A DNA stretch of 39,665 nucleotides from the IMG/VR virus record IMGVR_UViG_3300006923_000003, positions 1-39,665 of that record; one strand, 5' to 3'. Numbering within the stretch: position 1 is the first letter of the stretch; every line of letters begins with the position of its first letter. The notes under the pieces are model-generated. The model saw only the letters and a list, made by a program, of their open reading frames with translations. It did not search any database and had not been told where the DNA came from. Of the stretch, positions 28,612 through 37,114 are shown piece after piece. Both the position numbers and the translations under genes were made by a program. This stretch comes from a virus. Taxonomy: Duplodnaviria; Caudoviricetes.

Positions 28612-30279
28612 TTACAGCCAATCGGTTCTTGAATGTGGGGTTGCTACTATTTTTACGCCATCCTCGTTGGTTGCATAATATCTTCCCTCAAACCATTCGC
28701 CTTCTTCTGGAAGTGTTCCTTCAAGTTCTGCCGTAGGATTACTTGAGTATCCAACATCAAATCTCCCATCTTCATCAATGTTTTCTCCCGCAGCATTTTC
28801 GACACTCCACCCAGACGACATATCGAAAAACCCGCTTTCTGCTAACTCGCTTGCTTTGAAAACCTCTACTCCCCCATAGTTTCCACGAACATCACCTCCT
28901 AGATGTCTTTCTATGGCTACATAAACATCGTCCTTGTAATACCATTCGTCTTTTTCTTCGCCCTCTGGAACAAAAACATCATACTGAAAAACACCACTGA
29001 GATCGGTTTCAGTATTATATGTGTTGTCACCCGTTACATGGACATAGGGCGTTCCCGCGTGTTGTGTTATGCTTTCTTCAAGCATCCCCCTTCCCTCATC
29101 AGAGTTCATAAGCATATTTGAATCAAATGAGTCCATTTCGTAAATATCTTCTATTGGTTCTCCAAGAGTTTTTGAAATGAAGGTATCCCTATCAATAGAA
29201 GCATCGTACAAATAGGTATTCCCATCTTCGGGCAACATAATATCTGTACCTTCTTGAGTGTTAGGTTCAAAATAACCCCTACCGCCAGATTCTTCTCTGG
29301 ATTCTGCTTCTCTTGATTCGGCAATGTCTACGTTTGTTCCTTCCATTCCCTCAAGTTCACCCTGAACCGCGCCTGTGTCGGGTTGTAGCAACTCCCATGC
29401 AGCAGGTTTCTGTGTTTCGCTCAAATCCATATACGAAGAAAACTCTGGGTCGGTTAGTTCTTTAACCATAGAAGTAACTATGTTTTTATGTCGTTCATCG
29501 TTCGCCTTGCCCCCGCTCCACATATCTCTGGTTTCTTCATATACTGAACCAATCATATCTTCCTCGGAACTTCCGCTTTCTGCGGATTTTTGCAGAGCGT
29601 TTCGCATTCTTACTTTTTCTTCGTGGCTAAAATCTTCACCATACAGTGCAGCAGCAAAGTTTGCGTGGTCTTTAATTATTTCACTAGAACGCTCTGGCGC
29701 ACCACCCTCACCCGCGCCTGTGTCGGGAGTGTATTTGACACCTGTGTTGTGGTCTATAAGCCCTCTGCGTATTTTATCTACGGGTTCTTCAGCAGGGTCT
29801 AACATAAGCATAGTGGCAATATCCCTATCGGATTTACCCTTGGCGGTCAATTCGTCTATTGCTTGCTTTGTGGGGACTTTGCCATGTTGACCGTATTGAA
29901 GCCAATCTAATTGTTCGTCTGTATATTCCCCACCAGACCAACTCTTTAGGTGTTTTCTTGCTTCTTCAATAGTGTTGAAGTTTAGGGGATTATCTTGGTG
30001 TCCCTCTCTGGAAGGGTTTTCTAACAAACCTCTGGCTTCATTGTGTCGTGCATTTTTTGGAGTGTTAGGTTTCTTTCTGGGAATACCCTCTGGCTTGCTT
30101 GGCTTGCTTGGTTTCTTCGGTTCTTCTGATCCACCACCCTTGCCTTCACCACCGCAAGTATTGCCTGATTGGAAACCCGCGTTACCTTCTTTTCCCGCAC
30201 CGCAATTACTAGCGTATGTGTTCTTTTTGTTTAACGCCATTCGTGAATATGACTTTGCGTAATTTTTCATCTTGCTCAT
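28612..30279 (-). CDS. Tagged acidic protein of unknown function, putative head cargo
   Basis: Cys-pair tag and KPSKPSKP linker at the N-terminus; ATG 1 nt after the portal stop. Confidence 0.7.
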   Translation of the reverse strand: MSKMKNYAKSYSRMALNKKNTYASNCGAGKEGNAGFQSGNTCGGEGKGGGSEEPKKPSKPSKPEGIPRKKPNTPKNARHNEARGLLENPSREGHQDNPLNFNTIEEARKHLKSWSGGEYTDEQLDWLQYGQHGKVPTKQAIDELTAKGKSDRDIATMLMLDPAEEPVDKIRRGLIDHNTGVKYTPDTGAGEGGAPERSSEIIKDHANFAAALYGEDFSHEEKVRMRNALQKSAESGSSEEDMIGSVYEETRDMWSGGKANDERHKNIVTSMVKELTDPEFSSYMDLSETQKPAAWELLQPDTGAVQGELEGMEGTNVDIAESREAESREESGGRGYFEPNTQEGTDIMLPEDGNTYLYDASIDRDTFISKTLGEPIEDIYEMDSFDSNMLMNSDEGRGMLEESITQHAGTPYVHVTGDNTYNTETDLSGVFQYDVFVPEGEEKDEWYYKDDVYVAIERHLGGDVRGNYGGVEVFKASELAESGFFDMSSGWSVENAAGENIDEDGRFDVGYSSNPTAELEGTLPEEGEWFEGRYYATNEDGVKIVATPHSRTDWL

Positions 30280-30280
30280 T

Positions 30281-31813
30281 TTATTTGTCCTTCGCTGAGT
30301 AGCGTTTATCCATTTCCTTAGCAAACTTTCGGAATGCCTTGTCTGCCTGACCACCGTTCGGAGGCTGTGGCATCCCGCCCATCAATTGACTCATTATATC
30401 GCCACCACCGCCGTTGGGCATTCCCTCTTGTGGCATTCCCTCTTGTGGCATTCCCTCTCCCTGACCCGCTTGGAGTATAGGTTCACCCCCATCGGGTTCT
30501 GTGATCCCTAGTACGTCCCTTGCCTGACGTTGACTGACCTGACCACCTAATTCAACGAAAGACCTCACGCCCTCCATAAACTCCCTTGGATCGTTCTTCT
30601 CTAACGAGAACTCCCAACGTGGTCGATAGTCTGTATCGCCATAATTGTATTCGTGGTAGCGATTTACCAATTCTGCTGTAAGTGTATCGGCGAGGTTCAT
30701 GGCATCGCACTGAATAATCCTACGGAATGTTTCTGCGTGTTCATCAGAAACACCAGAGCCAAGACCTGTTGTAGTTGCCTCGGTGGTTGCGGTCTGTCCA
30801 ATAATCAATTCTTTGATCTGTCCCGCAAGATACCCCTCAATCAAGTCAGCAAATACTTTCGCCTGAGATGCATTTACTTCTTTGATGTCAAGCGAATAAC
30901 CTTCTTCTCCACTCGCTTGCTTTGGCATCACGACAGAAACATCGCCCACCAAGTTTTGCATGATTTCTTCCATCACCGATTTTGCTGCTGCGTTGCCATC
31001 TGGATATGTGCCGATGCGAATGCCCATTCCATATCTTTCGATCCATGTCATCCAAAATTGAAGTGCGGTCTGTTTCATCATCCACTGAAACCAGACAACA
31101 TCTCGCAAGCCACGACCCGCGTATACAAATGCTGCTTCGGTCGCTACTTCATAATCTGCACCTTGCCGACCATGTGTATGCAGAATCATCTGCTCACGCT
31201 CATCTTCATCAAGCATATGTATCATGCCGTATGGTCCTTGTGTCCATTCGCCCTCATACTTGCGACCAACGTAAATAGCCAAGTCGCCGTCCTCGGTGAA
31301 AGCCAACGTGTCAGAGTGAATGGGCATCCACTCATCGGGGACAACAAGATCACCCTCTATCCGAGGTGTAAGTTGAACAGCAGCAGGACCAAACCAAACA
31401 GCATCTAGTAGGTTTTGCAAAAAGTCAACAGGTCGCTTGAGGTGGCATTTGAAAATATCCTGCAATTCTGCTGCTTGCTTTACTTGCTCCTCACAGTTTG
31501 GATCGTCTGGAACAATCTCCCAATCCAACAACGCCACCGCAGACTGTCTTTGGAACAACGGTGACATAATATCTGGGTCACGCCTCATCTGCCTTTGCAG
31601 TTGCCGATCCTCACGAAGCGACATATCAGACCTTCGCAGAATCTTGGTGAAGTGAGTCATGTACGAACGCTGCAACTCAACAATAGAAGCAAAGGCAGGT
31701 TCGACCTGTGGTTTTTCTTTTGGTTGTTTCGCCATCGCCTTGTTATCAGCAGCAGCAAATCGCCCCTTGTTGTCTCGCTCTTGTTTCTCAGCGTGGTGTT
31801 TAGGGTCAGCCAT
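30281..31813 (-). CDS. Portal protein (DUF935 / Mu gp29-like)
   Basis: LLDAVWFG, GRGLRD..WF, WMTWIERYGMG..IGTYP, IIGQT.T, VHAE-like EHAE motifs. Confidence 0.9.
   Translation of the reverse strand: MADPKHHAEKQERDNKGRFAAADNKAMAKQPKEKPQVEPAFASIVELQRSYMTHFTKILRRSDMSLREDRQLQRQMRRDPDIMSPLFQRQSAVALLDWEIVPDDPNCEEQVKQAAELQDIFKCHLKRPVDFLQNLLDAVWFGPAAVQLTPRIEGDLVVPDEWMPIHSDTLAFTEDGDLAIYVGRKYEGEWTQGPYGMIHMLDEDEREQMILHTHGRQGADYEVATEAAFVYAGRGLRDVVWFQWMMKQTALQFWMTWIERYGMGIRIGTYPDGNAAAKSVMEEIMQNLVGDVSVVMPKQASGEEGYSLDIKEVNASQAKVFADLIEGYLAGQIKELIIGQTATTEATTTGLGSGVSDEHAETFRRIIQCDAMNLADTLTAELVNRYHEYNYGDTDYRPRWEFSLEKNDPREFMEGVRSFVELGGQVSQRQARDVLGITEPDGGEPILQAGQGEGMPQEGMPQEGMPNGGGGDIMSQLMGGMPQPPNGGQADKAFRKFAKEMDKRYSAKDK
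30417..30458 (-). repeat. 15-bp tandem repeat in the portal C-terminal tail (EGMPQ, about 2.8 copies)
   Basis: ggcattccctcttgt repeated. Confidence 0.9.
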
Positions 31814-31879
31814 ATTTGTACTATACCCGTATTCCATCGGTGTCAATACCGTAGCAATGGCAAATTATCCGTTTGGCGG

Positions 31880-32656
31880 TTAAGTACCACACGCTGCTGC
31901 TCTGGTCGCTGCTGCCTTGCGTGCGCCGTTCATTCTGTTCAACTTTGTCCTGTACGTCTTGACTTTCTTCTTTGCTTGTGCAAGTTTCTTTTCCCATCGG
32001 TCAAGATTGTTTTCCGCTAGTTGAAGTTTGTGATCTGGTTGCTTCGCCTTTTGCTTTTGTGCCTTGGATCGCAGCACCTTGTTCCTTGCAGTTCTTCGCA
32101 ACTTACGATACTTACTCCACACCTTTTTCTCGTCCTTGGCAAACGCGGTTACTATTTCTGCTGCAATGTTGTCTGTCTTAAACTCCATCGACTGAACTTG
32201 CCTTCGTCCGTTCTTGTATTCGGCGTTGGCTAGATTGGTGGTGTGAACCAACTCATGAGCAACAAGATGACACAACGATTGCAAACCTGTTTTAGTCTCG
32301 TTGTTCTTTGCCCACTTTATTCCAACATACTTCCAATTCATTCTTGGGGCGTGTCTGTTGTGGGCAATGTGGACACTCCAATATACTCGACCATGACCGC
32401 CTCTTGTGGTGTGGACAAATTGCATATTGTTTACACTTGGATAGCCACCACGCTTTTCAAGTTCCTTCTTGGCAAAGTCAATCACAAGTTCAATCAGTGG
32501 TGTACACCAAAGTGAAGTGTTGCGTGAACCGTATCGTTCATTGTACTTTTGCTTTCCACCAAGGTATTTCGCCTTGTGCTGTTTGTCAATCGAGCGCGCT
32601 TGCTTGCGCATCCTTCTATATTGCTTTTCGGTTTTTTTATCTGTATACCATGCCAT
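31880..32656 (-). CDS. Basic protein with an HExxH motif (possible SprT-like metalloprotease)
   Basis: HLVAHELVH; Lys/Arg-rich coiled-coil C-terminus; GAAAGGA SD before MAWYTD. Confidence 0.6.
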   Translation of the reverse strand: MAWYTDKKTEKQYRRMRKQARSIDKQHKAKYLGGKQKYNERYGSRNTSLWCTPLIELVIDFAKKELEKRGGYPSVNNMQFVHTTRGGHGRVYWSVHIAHNRHAPRMNWKYVGIKWAKNNETKTGLQSLCHLVAHELVHTTNLANAEYKNGRRQVQSMEFKTDNIAAEIVTAFAKDEKKVWSKYRKLRRTARNKVLRSKAQKQKAKQPDHKLQLAENNLDRWEKKLAQAKKKVKTYRTKLNRMNGARKAAATRAAACGT

Positions 32657-32681
32657 GATTATTTCCTTTCTAATGGTTTGG

Positions 32682-32879
32682 TTAGTGATTGTCTTGAACT
32701 CGTCCCGTTGCAAAGGCAATGGGGTGATTGGACTTGAAACTTGCAACCGCCATAGTCAGACCACCGTTCTCAAACTTGTGATCTTGGATTTGGTTTTTGC
32801 AACTCGCACAAAGTGGCGCGCCAAGGTATCCAACCTGTGCAACTTTTGTACATCCTGTTGTTTCGCAAATGTCTTTCAT
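32682..32879 (-). CDS. Small putative zinc-finger protein (65 aa)
   Basis: CETTGC...LCASC; AAAGGA upstream. Confidence 0.5.
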   Translation of the reverse strand: MKDICETTGCTKVAQVGYLGAPLCASCKNQIQDHKFENGGLTMAVASFKSNHPIAFATGRVQDNH

Positions 32880-33049
32880 ATCTTTTTTCCTTTTTCGTTT
32901 CGTTTCGTTCCTGTGAAAGAAAACATTTCCTTTCCGCTATATGTGTATTTTACCAGAATGAGTTTTCGCCGAAATAATTTTATTTCAATTCTGTGCGCGC
33001 AGCAACTTTTCAACGAAAAAATCTTGCGTGATGATTTGTAAACATCGAA

Positions 33050-33168
33050 AAAACTTTTTTCAAAAATCTTTTTAGTGTTACTTTTGCTACTTTTTGTTAA
33101 GTTTTGTGTTGTGTTTTCTTTGTTACTGATTCATAAACACACATAAAACTTTTTTCAAAAATCTTTTT
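33050..33168. repeat. Exact 24-bp direct repeat in an AT-rich intergenic region
   Basis: AAAACTTTTTTCAAAAATCTTTTT at 33050-33073 and 33145-33168. Confidence 0.85.
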
Positions 33169-33173
33169 CAGGA

Positions 33174-34598
33174 TTACCACTTTTTATTTTTTATGCCATA
33201 CATTCCGCGTGGATTTGATCTGTTGTTTTCAATTCTGTTCACCTTCAATGGTTCACCGAATGACATCGTTAGTTCAATCAAATCAATCACCGCATCAACT
33301 GTGTCATCATGACCACCAACAGGAAACGTAGTCATCTCATCGAACACAACTCGGAAGTCACTACGCACAGTTCCATCTGCCTCTGGTAAATGTAGTTTTC
33401 CTGATTCAACAAAACCCTGCCTCTCACTCGCTCTGGTGATCTTGTCCTTGTCTCTGTTGAGTGGTCTGATGGGTACGCTGCAATCTGTCTGCATTTGTTG
33501 CACCAATCCCCTCTGTGGTCCATTCGCCTCTGCAACCGCCTGAACGACTCCTGCTGCCTCCATAGCCTTCGTAGCAACCCTTGCGAAGTCTGGGAATGTG
33601 GATCGCTGCCTGATGATGTCCTTGAGCCACAATTCACCTTTTCGATCTTTCCACGCAATGATGCAAACTGACCAATCTGGATCGCCGTCCTGCTTTTTCA
33701 CAGTGAACGCAAAGTCTATCGCTGCAACCATCACACCATTGTCTCGCTGCCAATCTGGGATAGTAAGGTAGATCGAATCCCTGATCCATTCTGGGCTGAA
33801 CACGATCAGATCACTTGTCACAGGCTGCAACTCGTAACTACGGGCAAATGCAAATGGACCTATCTCTTTGCGTATCGCTTCAAGTTCTTCCTCGGAAATC
33901 ATTTCACTCCAAGGAGATTTGAAGCCCACAACGGGAAGTCTTAGCAATGCCCCATCATCTCTGTGCATTCTTCGCCAATCCGCAGTAATGTCGTCAGCGT
34001 GGTAACAAGTGCCAACCTTCCAAGTTCTCGGTTTCTCATCTCTGGTGAAATCGCGCATGGGCAACCAATTTGTATTCCAAAACTCTTTGACCTGATCTCG
34101 CAACGCAGCCTGTTGAATGGCGTTGCGCAAGTCGCAGATGTCGTCAGCGATCAATATGTCAGCACGACCACCCGCGCGACCAAATATAGGCTTTGCCTCG
34201 CAAGTGGCATCCCGTTGGTATTTGGGGGTTTTTATTTTGAAATCTGCTTTGCACCAATTATCCATGTCGGGTTCAATCTCTGGGAATACCATCTTGAAAA
34301 AATCACCCTCAATGATCGCCTTGATTAAACCTGTTGTTTTCTTAGCCTCAACGTCGGACTGTTGGATGTACTTGATTCGGACTGTTGGATCGTTGCCAAT
34401 CTCCCAAGCAACTCTCAACGTCATTTGCGCCGTCTTGCCATGCCCACGCGGATACTCAACATAACAATTACAGTGGTCGCTGAGATGTCGCTGCATCCGT
34501 TTGTGCATATCGCCCTGCTTGAAACCCATCACGCAATCTGCAAACACGTTTGGCGATTGCCTACAAGCAAGGGTTATTTCCTTATCAGTCGGGATCAT
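33174..34598 (-). CDS. terL: Terminase large subunit
   Basis: Walker A PRGHGKT, Walker B ILIADD, nuclease motifs AAIDFA and HDDTVDA. Confidence 0.95.
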   Translation of the reverse strand: MIPTDKEITLACRQSPNVFADCVMGFKQGDMHKRMQRHLSDHCNCYVEYPRGHGKTAQMTLRVAWEIGNDPTVRIKYIQQSDVEAKKTTGLIKAIIEGDFFKMVFPEIEPDMDNWCKADFKIKTPKYQRDATCEAKPIFGRAGGRADILIADDICDLRNAIQQAALRDQVKEFWNTNWLPMRDFTRDEKPRTWKVGTCYHADDITADWRRMHRDDGALLRLPVVGFKSPWSEMISEEELEAIRKEIGPFAFARSYELQPVTSDLIVFSPEWIRDSIYLTIPDWQRDNGVMVAAIDFAFTVKKQDGDPDWSVCIIAWKDRKGELWLKDIIRQRSTFPDFARVATKAMEAAGVVQAVAEANGPQRGLVQQMQTDCSVPIRPLNRDKDKITRASERQGFVESGKLHLPEADGTVRSDFRVVFDEMTTFPVGGHDDTVDAVIDLIELTMSFGEPLKVNRIENNRSNPRGMYGIKNKKW

Positions 34599-34947
34599 CT
34601 ACTCGATCAGCAGCCTCAACCAATTTGCGTACTCTCGCCAACGATTCAGCATCAAATTGAACTGCTCCTCCATCATGACCCGCTATTCGATCTGGAACTT
34701 TGCCATCAATAATCTCAACAACCATTTGCCAAAATCTTGGGTTTCCCGCTACCGCGTGACCGATTCCTGCTCTAGCGATCTCGTCCTCTAACTTCTCACC
34801 TTCTTCTCCCTCTAAAAGTTCTCTCAACTTTCGATGAATCGAAGCACCCTTCGGTCTACCACTAGGATTTCTACTCTCGCCCTTCTTGATTGCGTAAGAG
34901 TTTTCCTTTTCAAAATCTCCGTTCGGCTTGTGGTCTTTTTTTGGCAT
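34585..34947 (-). CDS. terS: Terminase small subunit (DUF5681-like N-terminus)
   Basis: KKGESRNPSGRPKG; immediately upstream of and overlapping terL. Confidence 0.8.
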   Translation of the reverse strand: MPKKDHKPNGDFEKENSYAIKKGESRNPSGRPKGASIHRKLRELLEGEEGEKLEDEIARAGIGHAVAGNPRFWQMVVEIIDGKVPDRIAGHDGGAVQFDAESLARVRKLVEAADRVDDPD

Positions 34948-34974
34948 TTGGCGTTGTTTCCGCGTTGTTAATTG

Positions 34975-35238
34975 TTATTTGTCTGGGTCAGGGTTTGGGG
35001 GAACTTCTATTACATCTGCCCCTGCGGTGACGGCAAGAAAACAAAAACTTGCTCGACTAGCATCATACCACGCTGTTCTAACGTGGTCATTAGTTTCGTC
35101 CCAATCTTTAATTTCTGTATCTAATTCTAAGGCAATGGTATTGGCAAAGGCTGTATGAGCAGCAATAGCCATACCCTCAATGACTGATCGAGTAGGAGTC
35201 GGGAAGAATACGCCTTGATGGTTGACTTTCTTTGCCAA
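34975..35238 (-). CDS. Hypothetical protein, start uncertain
   Basis: 3' part of track ORF 34975-35490, whose 5' part overlaps two better genes. Confidence 0.45.
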   Translation of the reverse strand: MAKKVNHQGVFFPTPTRSVIEGMAIAAHTAFANTIALELDTEIKDWDETNDHVRTAWYDASRASFCFLAVTAGADVIEVPPNPDPDK

Positions 35239-35270
35239 TTTCCATTGTCCTAAAAACCTCCTTACTTGTC

Positions 35271-35384
35271 TCACTTGCGCAAGAACGACTTGATTGAACT
35301 GCTGAACACGATCCCTGCGCTGAATGCACCAAAAGCGATTAGGAGTGTCCACCACGTTACGCCGAGCATATCTGCAATCATCAT
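35271..35384 (-). CDS. Small single-pass membrane peptide (37 aa), not in the ORF track
   Basis: MMIADMLGVTWWTLLIAFGAFSAGIVFSSSIKSFLRK; ATGA-coupled to the upstream gene. Confidence 0.65.
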   Translation of the reverse strand: MMIADMLGVTWWTLLIAFGAFSAGIVFSSSIKSFLRK

Positions 35385-35932
35385 TGTGATTTCCTCTTTT
35401 TAAGTTTCTTTCTCGCGTATTCGTATGCAGGATCACTCGCCCTGCGAACCGCGACCGATTCTCTGAATGATAGCGGATTCTGTTCGTCAATGGCTTTGAT
35501 GTCCACCTCTGCTGATCTCCAAGTTCTCTTGGGAATAAACAAGCCCATTGACCAAAAGATTCGTTTGATAAACATTCCGATACCTGTCTGCCACAACAAA
35601 ATAATTACGCCGATGATGGCGAGAGCGATAAAGCCTTGTTGCAAAAGCCTTGCCCACCAAGGAGTTGTGTCGCTCACCCCTAGTAAATGAGTCCTGATTT
35701 CGCTTGCTGTGTCAATAATTTTGTTTTGATGCTCTGTAATTTCATCTGCCCTAAACGCCGTATCTGGTTCTTGCGTAGTTTCAGAGATGTCTTGGGCGAG
35801 TTGTTTGGATGTACTAGCGTGATTCGTAATTTGTATAGCCGATGAATCTATCGCAGTTTTTGATGAACACGCATACCCAACAACGAAAGTAGATGCGATC
35901 CCGATTGCCTTTAACCTGTTCCAAAATAACAT
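35381..35932 (-). CDS. Putative lipoprotein with a downstream transmembrane segment (lysis candidate)
   Basis: Signal ending VVGYAC, then a polar helical region, then WWARLL...IIGVIILLW; GGAGG SD. Confidence 0.6.
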   Translation of the reverse strand: MLFWNRLKAIGIASTFVVGYACSSKTAIDSSAIQITNHASTSKQLAQDISETTQEPDTAFRADEITEHQNKIIDTASEIRTHLLGVSDTTPWWARLLQQGFIALAIIGVIILLWQTGIGMFIKRIFWSMGLFIPKRTWRSAEVDIKAIDEQNPLSFRESVAVRRASDPAYEYARKKLKKRKSQ

Positions 35933-35946
35933 TTTATACCTCCATT

Positions 35947-35982
35947 AAAAAATCCCGCCGAGTGGTTTAACACTCGACAGGA
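35947..35982 (-). terminator. Putative rho-independent terminator
   Basis: 12-bp stem TCCTGTCGAGTG/CACTCGGCGGGA followed by six T. Confidence 0.7.
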
Positions 35983-35993
35983 GAAAGGAAAAA

Positions 35994-36266
35994 CTATTTC
36001 TTTTTTTTATTTTCCAAAGCATTAACTTTTTCTTCCAACGATGTTATTTTAGCATCTGTTATGGTTTTGTGGGCTGCCACTTTCCAGACAACTGTTGCGG
36101 TCATCGCAATACCTGCCAGAAAAAGACCAAGAGGAATCCATGTTTCTGTTGACAAAATAGTACCGTTTTTCTCCGCGCTCATGGTTGCTAGACCAATGGC
36201 TGAAGTTCCAGAGGACGAAACGCCGAGGACGGCGAGGGTAACGGTTTCTGCTGCTGCTCTCAACAT
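35994..36266 (-). CDS. Small membrane protein, holin-like
   Basis: Hydrophobic WIPLGLFLAGIAMTATVVW, coiled coil and basic tail. Confidence 0.5.
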   Translation of the reverse strand: MLRAAAETVTLAVLGVSSSGTSAIGLATMSAEKNGTILSTETWIPLGLFLAGIAMTATVVWKVAAHKTITDAKITSLEEKVNALENKKKK

Positions 36267-36366
36267 ATGTTCACCTTAGCCTCCTCTGACTTAGTATTGA
36301 TGAGCAGTTTATCACAACACATAGTCTGTCAATAACACTCGATCTGGGTTGGCGGTTGTGTGCCAT

Positions 36367-36750
36367 CTAATCTTCTGTTGCAACCCCCGCAGCAAGCATC
36401 GCCTTCTCTGCTATTGTTTTTATTTCTATTAAGCCCAACTCGCCCGATCTAAGACGGATATGATTCATTTCTTGGATTAACAGTTGATACGATGCGTGTT
36501 CTGATCGTGGTTGTGTTTTTTTGTTAGCGGGTTTTATGTCAAAACATACGCGAAATTGTTGGCGGTGGGGGATGGTTGGGTGTTTCCGACACTCAATTTT
36601 TATTCCATGTCTATGCGCCATGTTCGACATCAATGAGGTTATGTGTTTTTGGGTGCAGCCAACCTTGTCGGCAATCTGCTTGCGACTTGCCCACCCTTCT
36701 TCAAGTATAGCCTTAGCCATATCGTATGTCGTGTGTTGGGTACTGTCCAT
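36367..36750 (-). CDS. Putative HTH DNA-binding protein
   Basis: ASRKQIADKVGCTQKHITSLM. Confidence 0.6.
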   Translation of the reverse strand: MDSTQHTTYDMAKAILEEGWASRKQIADKVGCTQKHITSLMSNMAHRHGIKIECRKHPTIPHRQQFRVCFDIKPANKKTQPRSEHASYQLLIQEMNHIRLRSGELGLIEIKTIAEKAMLAAGVATED

Positions 36751-36760
36751 TTTACAACTT

Positions 36761-37114
36761 TCACTCTATTGTTTCAACAAGTCTACCCTTCTTGACTATT
36801 CGCAACGGTAATTCGCCGTACTTTTTCCACAGTTTTTTTATTTTCTTAAATGGTCCTGTTTCCATTCCCTTCACATCTACTGCGTAAGTTTCCCCGTCTC
36901 TTTCAACCACCACGAAATCTACTCGGTATCTCGTATCTTCCCCAAGATCAAACGCGGTCTGCCTGAGCCATAAGATTATGTCACCATTGCTTTTGCGTTG
37001 ATCTAGCAACATTGCAAACTTCGCTTCTGCCTTTGAGTCAAACCGCCAACCTCGATAGACGGTTGCCTTGGCGTTGTATTTATGCCTCTTTGGAGGCTTG
37101 ATTGTGAAACTCAC
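36761..37114 (-). CDS. DUF1064-family putative PD-(D/E)xK endonuclease
   Basis: KYNAK...FDSKAEAK...YRVDF...DVKG. Confidence 0.85.
   Translation of the reverse strand: MSFTIKPPKRHKYNAKATVYRGWRFDSKAEAKFAMLLDQRKSNGDIILWLRQTAFDLGEDTRYRVDFVVVERDGETYAVDVKGMETGPFKKIKKLWKKYGELPLRIVKKGRLVETIE

Noticed and set aside
30653-31408. 251-aa plus-strand ORF and the many other antisense ORFs in the track
   Set aside because: They overlap well-supported minus-strand genes and show no recognisable motifs
18715-31813. Transposable Mu-type phage
   Set aside because: Only head and neck genes are Mu-like; no MuA/MuB and no host DNA at the ends
35239-35490. 5' half of track ORF 34975-35490
   Set aside because: Overlaps the lipoprotein gene and a better-coupled 37-aa membrane ORF
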